From positions 32,001-96,000 of IMG/VR virus record IMGVR_UViG_3300020375_000001: a stretch of DNA of 64,000 bases. One strand, 5' to 3'. Positions within the stretch are counted from its first letter, which is position 1. Each line of letters starts with the position of its first letter. Positions 1 to 9,951 of this stretch are shown piece by piece. The notes beneath the pieces are model-generated. The model saw only the letters and a program-made list of their open reading frames with translations. It was not told where the DNA came from and did no database searches. Source of the DNA: a virus. Lineage: Duplodnaviria > Caudoviricetes. The position numbers and the translations under genes were made by a program.

Positions 1-141
1 AAGAGCGTTATCGCCTTCGATTTGCATTGCTTCAACAGAAACTTCTTCAAGGATGCTTTCCAGACCTTCGCTTCCACCGACTTGTACGCCAGCATATTGA
101 GTCTGGGCGATTTGTTTACCGATATTTGCTAAATTACGCAT
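1..141 (-). CDS. 5' part of a probable internal head protein (runs off the window)
   Basis: Hand translation MRNLANIGKQIAQTQYAGVQVGGSEGLESILEEVSVEAMQ...; acidic N-terminus with G-L-E/S-V-E motifs typical of phiKZ-like head propeptides. Confidence 0.6.
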   Translation of the reverse strand, partial: MRNLANIGKQIAQTQYAGVQVGGSEGLESILEEVSVEAMQIEGDNAL

Positions 142-153
142 TTTAACTTTTTC

Positions 154-693
154 CTATTTGTTGCAACAAAGTTGGTTGTGTTTACCGAATAAAACGATTA
201 ACGTACATAACATATCGTTCACACCGTTTGGTTGTTGTAACCAGCGAGTGTATACGGACTCACACGGTTGTGACGTGCGTTCCATACGTGTCGGATTAAT
301 CGGGGGTAAATATTTGAGAGGATGGAATTCGAATTTCTCATCTTCTCCAAGGAAATCCATCAATTGACTAATGGTGGAAATACCCATAGTCCGGTGTCCC
401 GTCTCAATGAATTTGACGGTATCTTGAAGGAAATCATAATTATAGTCAGATTCACTAACAAGAGCACGTCGTTCATATAAGGAAGACAAATGACTAATGG
501 GATTAGGACCAAGAAGAATCTTAGCCGTATGCACCATTCGCCCGAGGAAGTCCATAGAAACCTGTTTGCGAGTACAAGTACGGTACTCAAGTGCGAGAGC
601 TTCTACTTCAGGGACAGCTAGGACGGGCAATTTCTTACCCGCCGATGGTTGACCAAAGCAGAAGCCGAATGGGCTTGCTACTGGTTTACTCAT
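154..693 (-). CDS. Hypothetical protein in head-protein operon
   Basis: 179-aa ORF overlapping the upstream gene's stop; co-oriented operon. Confidence 0.6.
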   Translation of the reverse strand: MSKPVASPFGFCFGQPSAGKKLPVLAVPEVEALALEYRTCTRKQVSMDFLGRMVHTAKILLGPNPISHLSSLYERRALVSESDYNYDFLQDTVKFIETGHRTMGISTISQLMDFLGEDEKFEFHPLKYLPPINPTRMERTSQPCESVYTRWLQQPNGVNDMLCTLIVLFGKHNQLCCNK

Positions 694-1570
694 CTTCTAG
701 CATCTCCTGAGTTTTGTACTGAAGCTTTTGAACACGAGCTTCGTAACGCTCAATAACTTCTTCAAGCTTCGCATCTTTCTTACCGCTACGTTCATTACGT
801 AGGTAGACCAGTTTAAATTCAAGAAGTTCTTTCTCTTCTTCAGCCTGACGTAAACGATGCACCTGCCACTTAGTCCAAGCCATACGGATATGGTAGATAG
901 GATTCAGACGAGCACTGATTAACCCAAAGCTGTTAGGGTCAATCTTGTCCAGTCCAACCGTTTCACGAACTGCCGCAGCTGACTCAGGTTTAACCTGCAT
1001 ATCTGGAATGGCTTCCAATTCCTTTTTCAGAACTTTGTCGTTCTTCAGGTTTGCCTTAACACAAACCAAGAAATCGTTAAAGCGCTTACGAACCCAGTTC
1101 AGGTCACGAGACAATGCTTTGTCCGCAGCTTCACTTGAACCCATAGCTTCCAGACCGTAAACCACCAACAGTAAACGACGAGCGTACATGGACATGAAGC
1201 TCATGGACTCGATGTATTGGTTGATGTTTACTTTCAGGTAGGTCATACCGTCGCGAACCACGTCATTGGAGTAATGCTTCTCTACTAAGTCAATAATGGA
1301 ATTGACGTTCGCAGTGCTCTGCTCTAATGCGGCTCGAGTAAGTAGAACAAGGTTCTTAGCTTTATGGTCCACTCTACGGTCTACAATTTTTTGCAGCTCT
1401 TGAACGTCTCTCGACTTAAAGGTGTAGTCCTTACTAAAGAACTCTGACGCACTTACAAAAGGAGGAATGGACTTACCGTCCAATTCCTCTTTAAGATTAC
1501 GCAGGTCTTCTTTGATAGACACCTTTTCCATAGAGGGCAACATTGAGCGAAGATAATTTTCGACTTTCAT
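686..1570 (-). CDS. Probable inner-body/internal head protein (phiKZ gp90-like)
   Basis: 294 aa, helical with C-terminal coiled coil; position and size match the phiKZ-like head block (recalled synteny). Confidence 0.55.
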   Translation of the reverse strand: MKVENYLRSMLPSMEKVSIKEDLRNLKEELDGKSIPPFVSASEFFSKDYTFKSRDVQELQKIVDRRVDHKAKNLVLLTRAALEQSTANVNSIIDLVEKHYSNDVVRDGMTYLKVNINQYIESMSFMSMYARRLLLVVYGLEAMGSSEAADKALSRDLNWVRKRFNDFLVCVKANLKNDKVLKKELEAIPDMQVKPESAAAVRETVGLDKIDPNSFGLISARLNPIYHIRMAWTKWQVHRLRQAEEEKELLEFKLVYLRNERSGKKDAKLEEVIERYEARVQKLQYKTQEMLEDE

Positions 1571-1582
1571 GTTTACTCCAAT

Positions 1583-2647
1583 TTAGAATTGTGGGGAATT
1601 ACCAAGCTGATAAGCTTTCAGAATTTCACCAACATCCGGACCAGTACCCCTGTTCAATGACTTGAGTTCTTTTACGGCAAGTTCGGTTGGTTCTTCAATA
1701 CCACGATGGTAGATAGTGAGTTGTTCCCACTCAGTGTCAATGACCATTACAATCATTGTCAGAGTGTTTTCGAACATACGCTCACGGTCCTTAAAACGTT
1801 TCAACTTACCACCTAAGTCTTTTTCAACTTGGCGACGAGTTGCTTCGCTCATAACGACCATGGCAGAGGCATTGTTCACCGAAGGCTCACCGGAGAAAAT
1901 ACCGGCAATGCGATTCTTAGTACGGCGATTGGCTAGCGTTGCAATCGTACCGTCCTTGTCCTGCAACATTGCTTTCTTATTCGCATCAATGAGGTCGCTG
2001 CAGAGAACAATATCATGCCAGAACGAAAGTTCACGAGCATCCCATTGCAAGTAACGCATACGGGCACCGGTGTCTTTCGCCTTTCCGGCCATAAGCTTAG
2101 TAATCGCGTCCGAACCCGTGCTCTTAACACGTAAGCGGATGGACACATCAATATCAGCTTCATGGCCATTTTCTTTAATCTGAACTTTCAGCATTTTGCC
2201 TACTGATAAGTTCGATGCATCTGCTAATTTAGCATGTGCACCAGAATCGGTTTGGGCACTGGATTCACCTCTTCGGTTACCACGTGCTTCCATTGATATC
2301 GTCGGTAGGCCAACATCATATGACTCCATAGATAAAAAGTTGCCTAAGGCAGACTTAACTGGAGAACGCTCAGTGCTTAACTTATCGAGTAACTTAGTTA
2401 CGTCGATGCTGCCGACATTAGTAGAAATGCTCACAGCTTGTAGATAGTAGCCTGAGAAGATGCTTACCAAAGAGTGTAAAGCATCGGTGATGTATGGTTG
2501 CTGACGAAGAGTTTGGTCTAAGATGACTACCGGCTCAACACGAGTATCTTTAGTATACTCGATTAGCGATTCTGAAGTAGCACTTCGCATCAGGTCAGAT
2601 ACACGCCCTACGACCGAAAGGGTAGTATCTACACTTTCCTTATACAT
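1583..2647 (-). CDS. Probable inner-body/internal head protein (phiKZ gp89-like)
   Basis: 354 aa; two S-M-E candidate protease sites (LSMES, ISMEA); divergent from the baseplate genes. Confidence 0.55.
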   Translation of the reverse strand: MYKESVDTTLSVVGRVSDLMRSATSESLIEYTKDTRVEPVVILDQTLRQQPYITDALHSLVSIFSGYYLQAVSISTNVGSIDVTKLLDKLSTERSPVKSALGNFLSMESYDVGLPTISMEARGNRRGESSAQTDSGAHAKLADASNLSVGKMLKVQIKENGHEADIDVSIRLRVKSTGSDAITKLMAGKAKDTGARMRYLQWDARELSFWHDIVLCSDLIDANKKAMLQDKDGTIATLANRRTKNRIAGIFSGEPSVNNASAMVVMSEATRRQVEKDLGGKLKRFKDRERMFENTLTMIVMVIDTEWEQLTIYHRGIEEPTELAVKELKSLNRGTGPDVGEILKAYQLGNSPQF

Positions 2648-2670
2648 GTTGGTTTTCCCCTAGGAGTTAG

Positions 2671-3771
2671 TTGAAAATGTCTGATAATAAATACGACGAC
2701 CTCGGTTACCGAAACCAGTCGGCTGTGCGCGATGCCGTATCAAAGGCTGGGAGTTCCAGAGGGGAACTCACCAAGGCGGCGACTAATGCGTTTTACGGCT
2801 TCAACCATCGGAACATTGGTGTTCAGGTTAAACCGAATAGCGATAACCACGGGTTAACGTTTTTTACCCGCCCTAGACTAAATTTGTCATATGATAATAT
2901 TGCTGGGGTACGTAACTTTGCACCTTTGCTCACCGGAGACCCCCTAACACTACCTCGTGCAATACGGTGTATACTAGACCCAGTCTCTCATAAGGGGGTG
3001 GAAAAATCGCACATAAGACCAATACAGTGTCCTATGGTCGACCCACAAAACCCGTTCATCCCATTACTCTCTAACTTATTAATTAGCATGAGTGGCTGGC
3101 CAGATTCGGTAATGGATACACATACCTCGCCTAACGGTCTTGCTAATGAATCGTGGAGTATGATTGATTCACTCCCAATGGATTACAGCACCAACGACAT
3201 TACCGCAAACTTCCGAAATATGTCTGGTGACCCAATCAGTCTACTGATGCATATTTGGACGCAGTATGCTTCACGGGTGTCAGAGGGTAGTATGTTACCG
3301 TGGCCAGAGTGTATTGCCGAAAATGAAAAAGACTACGATACTCGCATATACCGTTTGGTATTAGACCAGCGTCGTAAGTACATTACGAAGATTGCAGCCT
3401 GTGGCTACGGGGCACCTTACGTAAACCCATTGGGCGCTGCGTTCAACTTCGACTCGTCCCAACCGTTGATTCAGGATAACCAAGAAATATCTGTCCCGTT
3501 TAAATGTAGCGGGTGGATTTACAATGACCCCATTCTGGTTATTGAGTTCAATTCCTTGGTTGCAGAGTTTAACCCTAGTATGTCTAACCGTTTCCGCGAT
3601 ACGCAAATGGTTAAATTACGAGACGAGGAAAAGGACTACTTTAACTTCCGTTCTTACCCACGCATCAGTGAGGATGGTAACATGGAGTTAGAGTGGTGGG
3701 TTAACAAGCACCTTTACCTTGAATCAGCCGCTGAACTAAAACAGTTCAGACCAGAACAGTATATTAAATAA
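2671..3771 (+). CDS. Virion structural protein, possibly tail-tube-fold baseplate hub (phiKZ gp88-like)
   Basis: 366 aa; beta-rich segments (GLTFFTRP, ITANFRN, ISVPFKC); precedes the large wedge-like gene. Confidence 0.5.
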   Translation: MKMSDNKYDDLGYRNQSAVRDAVSKAGSSRGELTKAATNAFYGFNHRNIGVQVKPNSDNHGLTFFTRPRLNLSYDNIAGVRNFAPLLTGDPLTLPRAIRCILDPVSHKGVEKSHIRPIQCPMVDPQNPFIPLLSNLLISMSGWPDSVMDTHTSPNGLANESWSMIDSLPMDYSTNDITANFRNMSGDPISLLMHIWTQYASRVSEGSMLPWPECIAENEKDYDTRIYRLVLDQRRKYITKIAACGYGAPYVNPLGAAFNFDSSQPLIQDNQEISVPFKCSGWIYNDPILVIEFNSLVAEFNPSMSNRFRDTQMVKLRDEEKDYFNFRSYPRISEDGNMELEWWVNKHLYLESAAELKQFRPEQYIK

Positions 3772-3783
3772 GAGGATTCAGTA

Positions 3784-6693
3784 ATGGATAATATCCAAGT
3801 TAGTGAATTGCAGGACGACCTTGATAAGTTCCGACGAAATCCCAACGCCGTCCAACGTTCCGTATACAAGCTTCTTGATAAAGCTTCAAAGGGTACACTG
3901 AATGTCATTGACCCCACTAACCCCTTTACTCTACTACTAGAGTCCGCAGCGGTTATGGCAGCCGATTCCATCAGTGAGTGTGAAAGTCTAACCCGTCGTA
4001 CTTATCCTAAACTGGTAAGTACCGAAGATGACTTGTATGGGCATATTTCCGATTTGGAATATGTTGGTGTATGGGGTAGTCCAAGTCGTGACCTCTTCAC
4101 GTTTGCATTTAACGTGGCGGAGTTACGTAGTCTTGCGAAGACTGTTCCGGGAACTAACAACACTAAGTTAGTTATTCCACGTGAATCCCGTGTCACCGTG
4201 GCTGGTGCAAACTTCAGTTTCGTATACCCCATTGAAATTATTTTCTCTGGGGCTGAATCGATTAGCATTCTTTACGATACAAGTGAACAGTCACCGTTCA
4301 TGGCACTGGAGACTAACGTTATCGACTACCGTCTACACAGACACCAAGGTAGTGAGATGTTAATGTTCCAAGTGCCGGGTTTGCAGTATAGCGTAGAATC
4401 GTCCGTAGCCACCGTGTCAAGCGCAAGTGGCTTTAGTACGACTAAGACCATTCGCGATTACTTATATTACTGCAGAGTGTTTCATCGCCACACTGGTGGC
4501 GATTGGGAAGAGATGGTTACTACTCACTCTGGTCGCGTATACGACAATGGTATCCCTACGGCCACATTGAAACTGGCCGACGGCACGTTGCGTGTTAAGA
4601 TTCCTGAGATTTATTTCAACAAGGGATTAATCGGTGCAGAAGTTCGCATTGATGTCTACACCACTAAAGGTAATATCTCGCTGTCGCTCAGCGAGTACCC
4701 ATATACTGCCGTCCAAAGTAAGTGGATAGATTTAAACAACACGGACAATGGTCGCTACACTGCCCCTCTGTCTCAGATTACCCAAATGGCAATTGCCGGT
4801 AGTTCTGTAACTAAGGGTGGTAGTAATGGTCTGTCGTTTGAGGAGTTGCAAGACCGTACGGTTCGTAACTCCACTTACAAACCAGCACCGGTCACTGAAT
4901 TTGACTTGACCAATACGCTGAAAGACCGTGGTTATGATGTACTGAGCGTGGTGGATAACATAACTGACCGTACATTCCTCGCATCTCGCACTGTACCGGC
5001 TCCTGAGCGTGGTTTAAGCTCTAGCCCCATTGGCACTACTGTTGAGTCAATAAAGGTCTGGTCAGAGCTTTTACAGACGTTGTCGACTGCCTACTACGCT
5101 AACAAGATTTGGAGCATCATGCCTAACACGTTGTATAAACGAAATGGTGTGGGTATCAGTTTTGTGAGTGACCTTGAGCGGGAAGCGTTGGAGCAGGCAA
5201 GTGGCGATGTGCTAATCTCTTTACTGGAACAAGAAAGTTATTTCTTCAGTCCGTACCTTACCGTTTTAGACACTAACGACGATGTCTTTAGTTACAACAA
5301 CTACTACATCGATAACCCAACGGTGAACAATCGTTACTTCGGTGCAGCTAACAGTAAAGTGGATTATAAAGCTACCTTAAGTGCAATGTCGCTATACCGT
5401 ACATTCGATGGCTATGAATTAGCAGTAACCGTAAAAGGTTCGGTAGGACATGAAAAACTGCATCCGTCTAAAGTTGGTTTGCAGTTAGCGTTCCGTCCGG
5501 GTGGTCAGGAGCAACGTACTTACGTGGAGGGTGTCAACTACGGTCGTGATGTAGACGGTAACTTAATATTCCGTTTCCCCATCAACACGAAGTTTGAAAT
5601 CCACAAAGGTCACAAACTCTTTGCCACTAACTTCAATGCGGTGATTGATGATACTTTACTCTACCCCATTGAGCCTGATACGGAGTTTGACTTTATCCAT
5701 TACGTAACTGACGTTGGTTTATCTACCGACAAGCGAGACGACCTACACAACCTTCTGGGTACGCCATTTGCTGCTGAAGACGCAATCGTAATTACGCATG
5801 AAACGGCTAACCTACGTTTGTTCGAAAGCATGGATGGATTAATCAACCGTTCACGGGTATCGATTAACGAGCCTAATTACGAAGTGTGGGACCGTGACGT
5901 ACCAATGCTTTACAGTGAGGACATTTACGAACGTGAGCCCGATTCCGGCTTTATCAAGTTAGTTGAGGTGGATGGGCAGTTTGAAGGTATCTTACTTCAC
6001 TCTAAAGGTGACCCTGTCATGGATTCGGAAACTGGTGGACCGGTTTACCAATTCCGCCAAGGGGATTACAAGCTGGACGAGCACGGTGAACGTATTCCTG
6101 TTGGTGGGAGCAGTGAGACGTACTTCATTGAACAAATTCTGTTTGATGGTCGTTATCGTTACTCTACAGAAACAGGAACTAATGCATACGTTCGTACTGT
6201 GGCTGAAAGTATTGTAGATTGGGTACAAACAGACATTGGTGACATCAGTGGTAAGCTTCTGGCTCGTACTGACCTGATGTTCTCACCTAAAGCAAACAGT
6301 GGGACCATTACCGTGTACTCAGTACAAGGTGAGCCAAAACAAATCAGTGCTGGCATTAGTGTTCGTGTTGATTTGTACGTTAGCTTTAATGCGTACTCAA
6401 ACGCTGCAATTCGTAAGAGCCTCAACGCTTCGGTAAAAGAGGTGGTCATTAATGAATTGGCTAAGTCTAAAATCTCAACGGGTTCTATTCACGATAAGCT
6501 CCGTAAAGTTGTCAGTGATGACGTGGTGACCATTAAGGTGCACTCGTTCAACGATGACTCTACATTGGATGCATTTGTAGTGGACAACGACTCAGTAGGT
6601 TGTAGCCTAGCTAAAGTCTTAGAGCGTCAACCGGATGGTGCCATTGCACTGGTCGATGATTTGGACATTAAATTCATTAGACATACAGACTAA
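3784..6693 (+). CDS. Large baseplate wedge-like structural protein (phiKZ gp87-like)
   Basis: 969 aa; GGSNGLSFEELQDR segment resembles baseplate J/gp6-type proteins; synteny. Confidence 0.55.
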   Translation: MDNIQVSELQDDLDKFRRNPNAVQRSVYKLLDKASKGTLNVIDPTNPFTLLLESAAVMAADSISECESLTRRTYPKLVSTEDDLYGHISDLEYVGVWGSPSRDLFTFAFNVAELRSLAKTVPGTNNTKLVIPRESRVTVAGANFSFVYPIEIIFSGAESISILYDTSEQSPFMALETNVIDYRLHRHQGSEMLMFQVPGLQYSVESSVATVSSASGFSTTKTIRDYLYYCRVFHRHTGGDWEEMVTTHSGRVYDNGIPTATLKLADGTLRVKIPEIYFNKGLIGAEVRIDVYTTKGNISLSLSEYPYTAVQSKWIDLNNTDNGRYTAPLSQITQMAIAGSSVTKGGSNGLSFEELQDRTVRNSTYKPAPVTEFDLTNTLKDRGYDVLSVVDNITDRTFLASRTVPAPERGLSSSPIGTTVESIKVWSELLQTLSTAYYANKIWSIMPNTLYKRNGVGISFVSDLEREALEQASGDVLISLLEQESYFFSPYLTVLDTNDDVFSYNNYYIDNPTVNNRYFGAANSKVDYKATLSAMSLYRTFDGYELAVTVKGSVGHEKLHPSKVGLQLAFRPGGQEQRTYVEGVNYGRDVDGNLIFRFPINTKFEIHKGHKLFATNFNAVIDDTLLYPIEPDTEFDFIHYVTDVGLSTDKRDDLHNLLGTPFAAEDAIVITHETANLRLFESMDGLINRSRVSINEPNYEVWDRDVPMLYSEDIYEREPDSGFIKLVEVDGQFEGILLHSKGDPVMDSETGGPVYQFRQGDYKLDEHGERIPVGGSSETYFIEQILFDGRYRYSTETGTNAYVRTVAESIVDWVQTDIGDISGKLLARTDLMFSPKANSGTITVYSVQGEPKQISAGISVRVDLYVSFNAYSNAAIRKSLNASVKEVVINELAKSKISTGSIHDKLRKVVSDDVVTIKVHSFNDDSTLDAFVVDNDSVGCSLAKVLERQPDGAIALVDDLDIKFIRHTD

Positions 6694-6726
6694 GACGGCA
6701 TAAGGGGGAGTCCACTAGGACTCCCC
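6694..6726 (-). terminator. Hairpin between convergent genes, followed on minus strand by TTATGCCGTC
   Basis: GGGGAGTCC-acta-GGACTCCCC at 6705-6726; motif at 6694-6703. Confidence 0.7.
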
Positions 6727-6730
6727 TGTC

Positions 6731-7969
6731 TTATTTCGCTTTGCCGGTCATGCGTCTGATTTTAGCAAACGCTGCTTCGGTAAGTTCATCGGTAATTTTA
6801 ATACCTTTAAAGAACCCACGCTTCCCTTTGATGGAAACCATAAACATATTCTTGACAAAAGCATTGGCCGCACGAATTAACGTAAGCTGGTTATTTACTG
6901 TGTCTCGAACTGCATTGATATCATCTGAGGTCAAGCTAGAGTCAGCCTTGTCGCGACTCTCCATCTGCTCAAGTTTGTCTTGCAAAGTATTGAACTGACT
7001 GGTGTAGTTATCAGTTTCTTTGAGTAACTCACGGTCACTCTTATCGAAATTCATATCCGAATGTAACTGATTGATATAACTACGGAGTTTGTTAACCTTA
7101 TTCCGGTAATGCTGTTTTACCAGTTTAGGGTCAACCTCACGACCTTCTAACTCCCGTACACGTGTGGTTAATCTTTCAAAGGCGTCAGTTGCTTCTGTCA
7201 GGTTGCCATATGACACAGAACCTAGGTCAAGTACCTTGGCTTGGTCTTTCAAGAAATCCCCAGCAATTGCTGCTATTTCCTTTCCTGCTTCTACACTGAT
7301 AGCATCCAAGTCTTTATGTAGACGATAGAATGCATCCCCGCCTTCAATCTTACCATGGGCTTCAATGAAGCGTCTGGTTGATTTCCACATAACCGTATAG
7401 AGCCTGCGAATGTAATCGTTGATGTCCTTGTACATGTCGACGTTAGCATTGGCAATGGATTTAAACTCAAACTCGTTGAGCTTTTTCTTGTCAATAACTT
7501 CGTCTACCGTTTCATCAAGAACTTCCCGGTCCGCATCTTCTATCTTTTCAGGTTTGTCACTTTTCTCAAGCTTGTCCAGTGTATCGATTGCGGTAGCGTT
7601 GGCACCATCGCCTTTACCGCCACCTACCAACCATTCAATTGGTTTAACCAATAACTTCAAGACGCCAAAGATAAGCGAGAACATGAGGCCGAATAGTTTC
7701 TCTAGTCCGCTCGCAATACCTTCCCAGAACCCTTCAATGGCAACAGACATCTTAGTGGTTGTAGGGAATAACGTAAACTCGTTAGGGTTTATTGATTCAC
7801 ACGACGGCACATTCCGAAGAATGGCCATCGCATTTTCACGGTCTATTGCATTGTGTTCTTTAACCATTTGCATGGCGCTGAACATGTCCGACTGTGCATC
7901 AATAAGTAATGCGGCTTCTTGAGAGACTTCAGCTTCTAAGCTTTCGAGTTCTTCAAGAAATTCCAACAT
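6731..7969 (-). CDS. Probable internal head protein (phiKZ gp86-like)
   Basis: 412 aa; acidic N-terminal propeptide with S-L-E, A-I-E and G-L-E sites, then a hydrophobic segment. Confidence 0.55.
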   Translation of the reverse strand: MLEFLEELESLEAEVSQEAALLIDAQSDMFSAMQMVKEHNAIDRENAMAILRNVPSCESINPNEFTLFPTTTKMSVAIEGFWEGIASGLEKLFGLMFSLIFGVLKLLVKPIEWLVGGGKGDGANATAIDTLDKLEKSDKPEKIEDADREVLDETVDEVIDKKKLNEFEFKSIANANVDMYKDINDYIRRLYTVMWKSTRRFIEAHGKIEGGDAFYRLHKDLDAISVEAGKEIAAIAGDFLKDQAKVLDLGSVSYGNLTEATDAFERLTTRVRELEGREVDPKLVKQHYRNKVNKLRSYINQLHSDMNFDKSDRELLKETDNYTSQFNTLQDKLEQMESRDKADSSLTSDDINAVRDTVNNQLTLIRAANAFVKNMFMVSIKGKRGFFKGIKITDELTEAAFAKIRRMTGKAK

Positions 7970-8370
7970 TACTGTACCCCAATTACCATAGCGGCGAAAT
8001 CGATGTCGTCACGGTGCTCTGGATATACCGCATTCAGAGAAGCGATGACACCTTGCAGTGGATGATGAACCAAGTCATAGCGACCTTTCCATACATCGTA
8101 AACACACTTCACAACTTCATCCACGTTACAAACGATGTGCTCGTTGATAGCCCCGATGAATACATTGGCATCGGCCAATTGGAAGTTGGTAAAGTACAGA
8201 CGAGGGTTACCTTCAATAGGAGATGAAGGGATGGGTAGTTGTGCTGCAACCAGGGCCCCGACAATACGGTTTTTAATGGCTTCGCGTTTTTCCAACGGAA
8301 TGTGTTGTTCATCCATCATATTACGCATCATGCGCAGACGCGCTACTAATTCTTTAATTTTATCAGACAT
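7969..8370 (-). CDS. Small structural-operon protein
   Basis: 133 aa, start and stop overlap both neighbours. Confidence 0.6.
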   Translation of the reverse strand: MSDKIKELVARLRMMRNMMDEQHIPLEKREAIKNRIVGALVAAQLPIPSSPIEGNPRLYFTNFQLADANVFIGAINEHIVCNVDEVVKCVYDVWKGRYDLVHHPLQGVIASLNAVYPEHRDDIDFAAMVIGVQ

Positions 8371-9635
8371 TAGCCTGCTCCTAAATTTTTAAACTTCGCG
8401 GCAGTTACAAACATGTCGTTGGTTAACAACTTTTCAATTTGCTGTTGAGCGTCTTTCTGTCTCAACTGTTTGCGCGTGGTTGGTGACAAAACTTCCCATA
8501 CCAGTTGTGCAATACCGGTACGCTGGGTCATGGTAGACATGATAGCCTCAATGGCTTCAACGTCATCAGTTAGTGCCTGACGAGTGTCATCGTCTAACTT
8601 GCGGTCTTTTAGTTGTTCAACTAAGTCACGCTTGATGCGTTCGATGCGGTCACGAGGTAAGTCATACGTTGACTCATGAGGGTTGTTACTCATAATGAGA
8701 ATACCCATAAGCCAAGTAGCCGGTCCACCAAAAGTGATTGCGGTAAAGAAGCCTACTGCTTTAAGCATTTCTACACTGTAGAAGACAGCAGCATTGCGAT
8801 AGACTGGGTCACGATTGTAACGCTGGAGTTTATCCAATGCAGTAACCAAGGCCATACCACCGCCATGACGAGTAGCGAATTGGTCAGACAGGAACTCAAA
8901 GCCTGTGGCATCGTACATGCTAGCGCCGCTTTCAGAAACAGACTTTTGAATTTCAGCCTGTAACATCACAGTAGCCACGCCTTCTTTGCTATTCATGGTC
9001 AGCAGCTTTTGCTTTTCTTCAAACGTTACGTCACGAAGTTTGGAATAGGCATCTACTATCTCAACCTTGTCTACCTTACGGTCAGGGCTGAAAAGCGCAG
9101 TCACAGCAGTGTTGATTGCGTAGTTAGTAGTAACCGTGGTTCCCAACATCTCGAAATAAGAGAACAGGTGTCCTACTTCATGCATGATGACGGCAGCCAG
9201 TTCTTCATCCGACATTTTATCGGTGACGAACATATTTTCGGCAATAGTGATAGTACATTCGACTTTACGGAAGTCGCCGTGCACCTTTCCTTCTTCAAGG
9301 TCAACCCAACCTTTAATGATGTCGGAACCTTTAGACAATAGTTTCAGAGCGTCCTCATCACTAAAGTCATTCTTGAACTTACCCAACAAAGGATGGTTCT
9401 TATCTAACTGGGGCACCCCAACGAATGCGCACCAATTAATAGGTGTTAGTTTCAAGTTAACGTTTAGCTGCGTCGCTTTCTCAATCAGGTCCGCGATACC
9501 CGACTTAGTCAGAGTAGATGCGTTCACTGAACCTTTACGGAGTTCATTGATTTTACCTACCAGACCTAAAAACAACACATCCTTACGTTGTACCTTGATA
9601 GCCTCTAATCCGAGACCGCCAGTACGTAGTTTCAT
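8370..9635 (-). CDS. Probable head protein with zincin (M48-like) metalloprotease motifs
   Basis: HEVGH, then EFLSDQFATRHG and ALVTALDKL; GLGLE near N-terminus; start moved to ATG 9635 with AGGAG upstream. Confidence 0.6.
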   Translation of the reverse strand: MKLRTGGLGLEAIKVQRKDVLFLGLVGKINELRKGSVNASTLTKSGIADLIEKATQLNVNLKLTPINWCAFVGVPQLDKNHPLLGKFKNDFSDEDALKLLSKGSDIIKGWVDLEEGKVHGDFRKVECTITIAENMFVTDKMSDEELAAVIMHEVGHLFSYFEMLGTTVTTNYAINTAVTALFSPDRKVDKVEIVDAYSKLRDVTFEEKQKLLTMNSKEGVATVMLQAEIQKSVSESGASMYDATGFEFLSDQFATRHGGGMALVTALDKLQRYNRDPVYRNAAVFYSVEMLKAVGFFTAITFGGPATWLMGILIMSNNPHESTYDLPRDRIERIKRDLVEQLKDRKLDDDTRQALTDDVEAIEAIMSTMTQRTGIAQLVWEVLSPTTRKQLRQKDAQQQIEKLLTNDMFVTAAKFKNLGAG

Positions 9636-9887
9636 TTTAGGATAACTCCTTGCAAGGTTAGTGTTAATGCAATTGCATAACATAGGAAAGCTTTCTTAAC
9701 TAGTCGTCATAAAACCCCTGTCTGTAGGACAGGGTGTGTTAGTTACTAACTTATATTATTTTATTCTTAAGGCATACGATTCCCTTTCCTAGGTAATTAT
9801 ACTCCGTATAAATTACTAGTCACCGGTCTACACCTAAACAAATACCAATCCATGTAAAAATTAATTCCCAGCAAATTCTAATCTTCT

Positions 9888-9896
9888 AAAAAATAC
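9888..9896 (+). promoter_or_regulatory. AAAAAATAC middle-type promoter-like motif upstream of DNA polymerase half
   Basis: Same motif at 18137-18145 (+), 31902-31910 (-), 38529-38537 (-), 48424-48432 (-), 55475-55483 (-); resembles phiKZ middle consensus AAanntTAC. Confidence 0.5.
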
Positions 9897-9951
9897 TGAC
9901 CGCCATCTTGATATAGACTACCATAAAGAATTTTTTAAATGGGACATGTAA

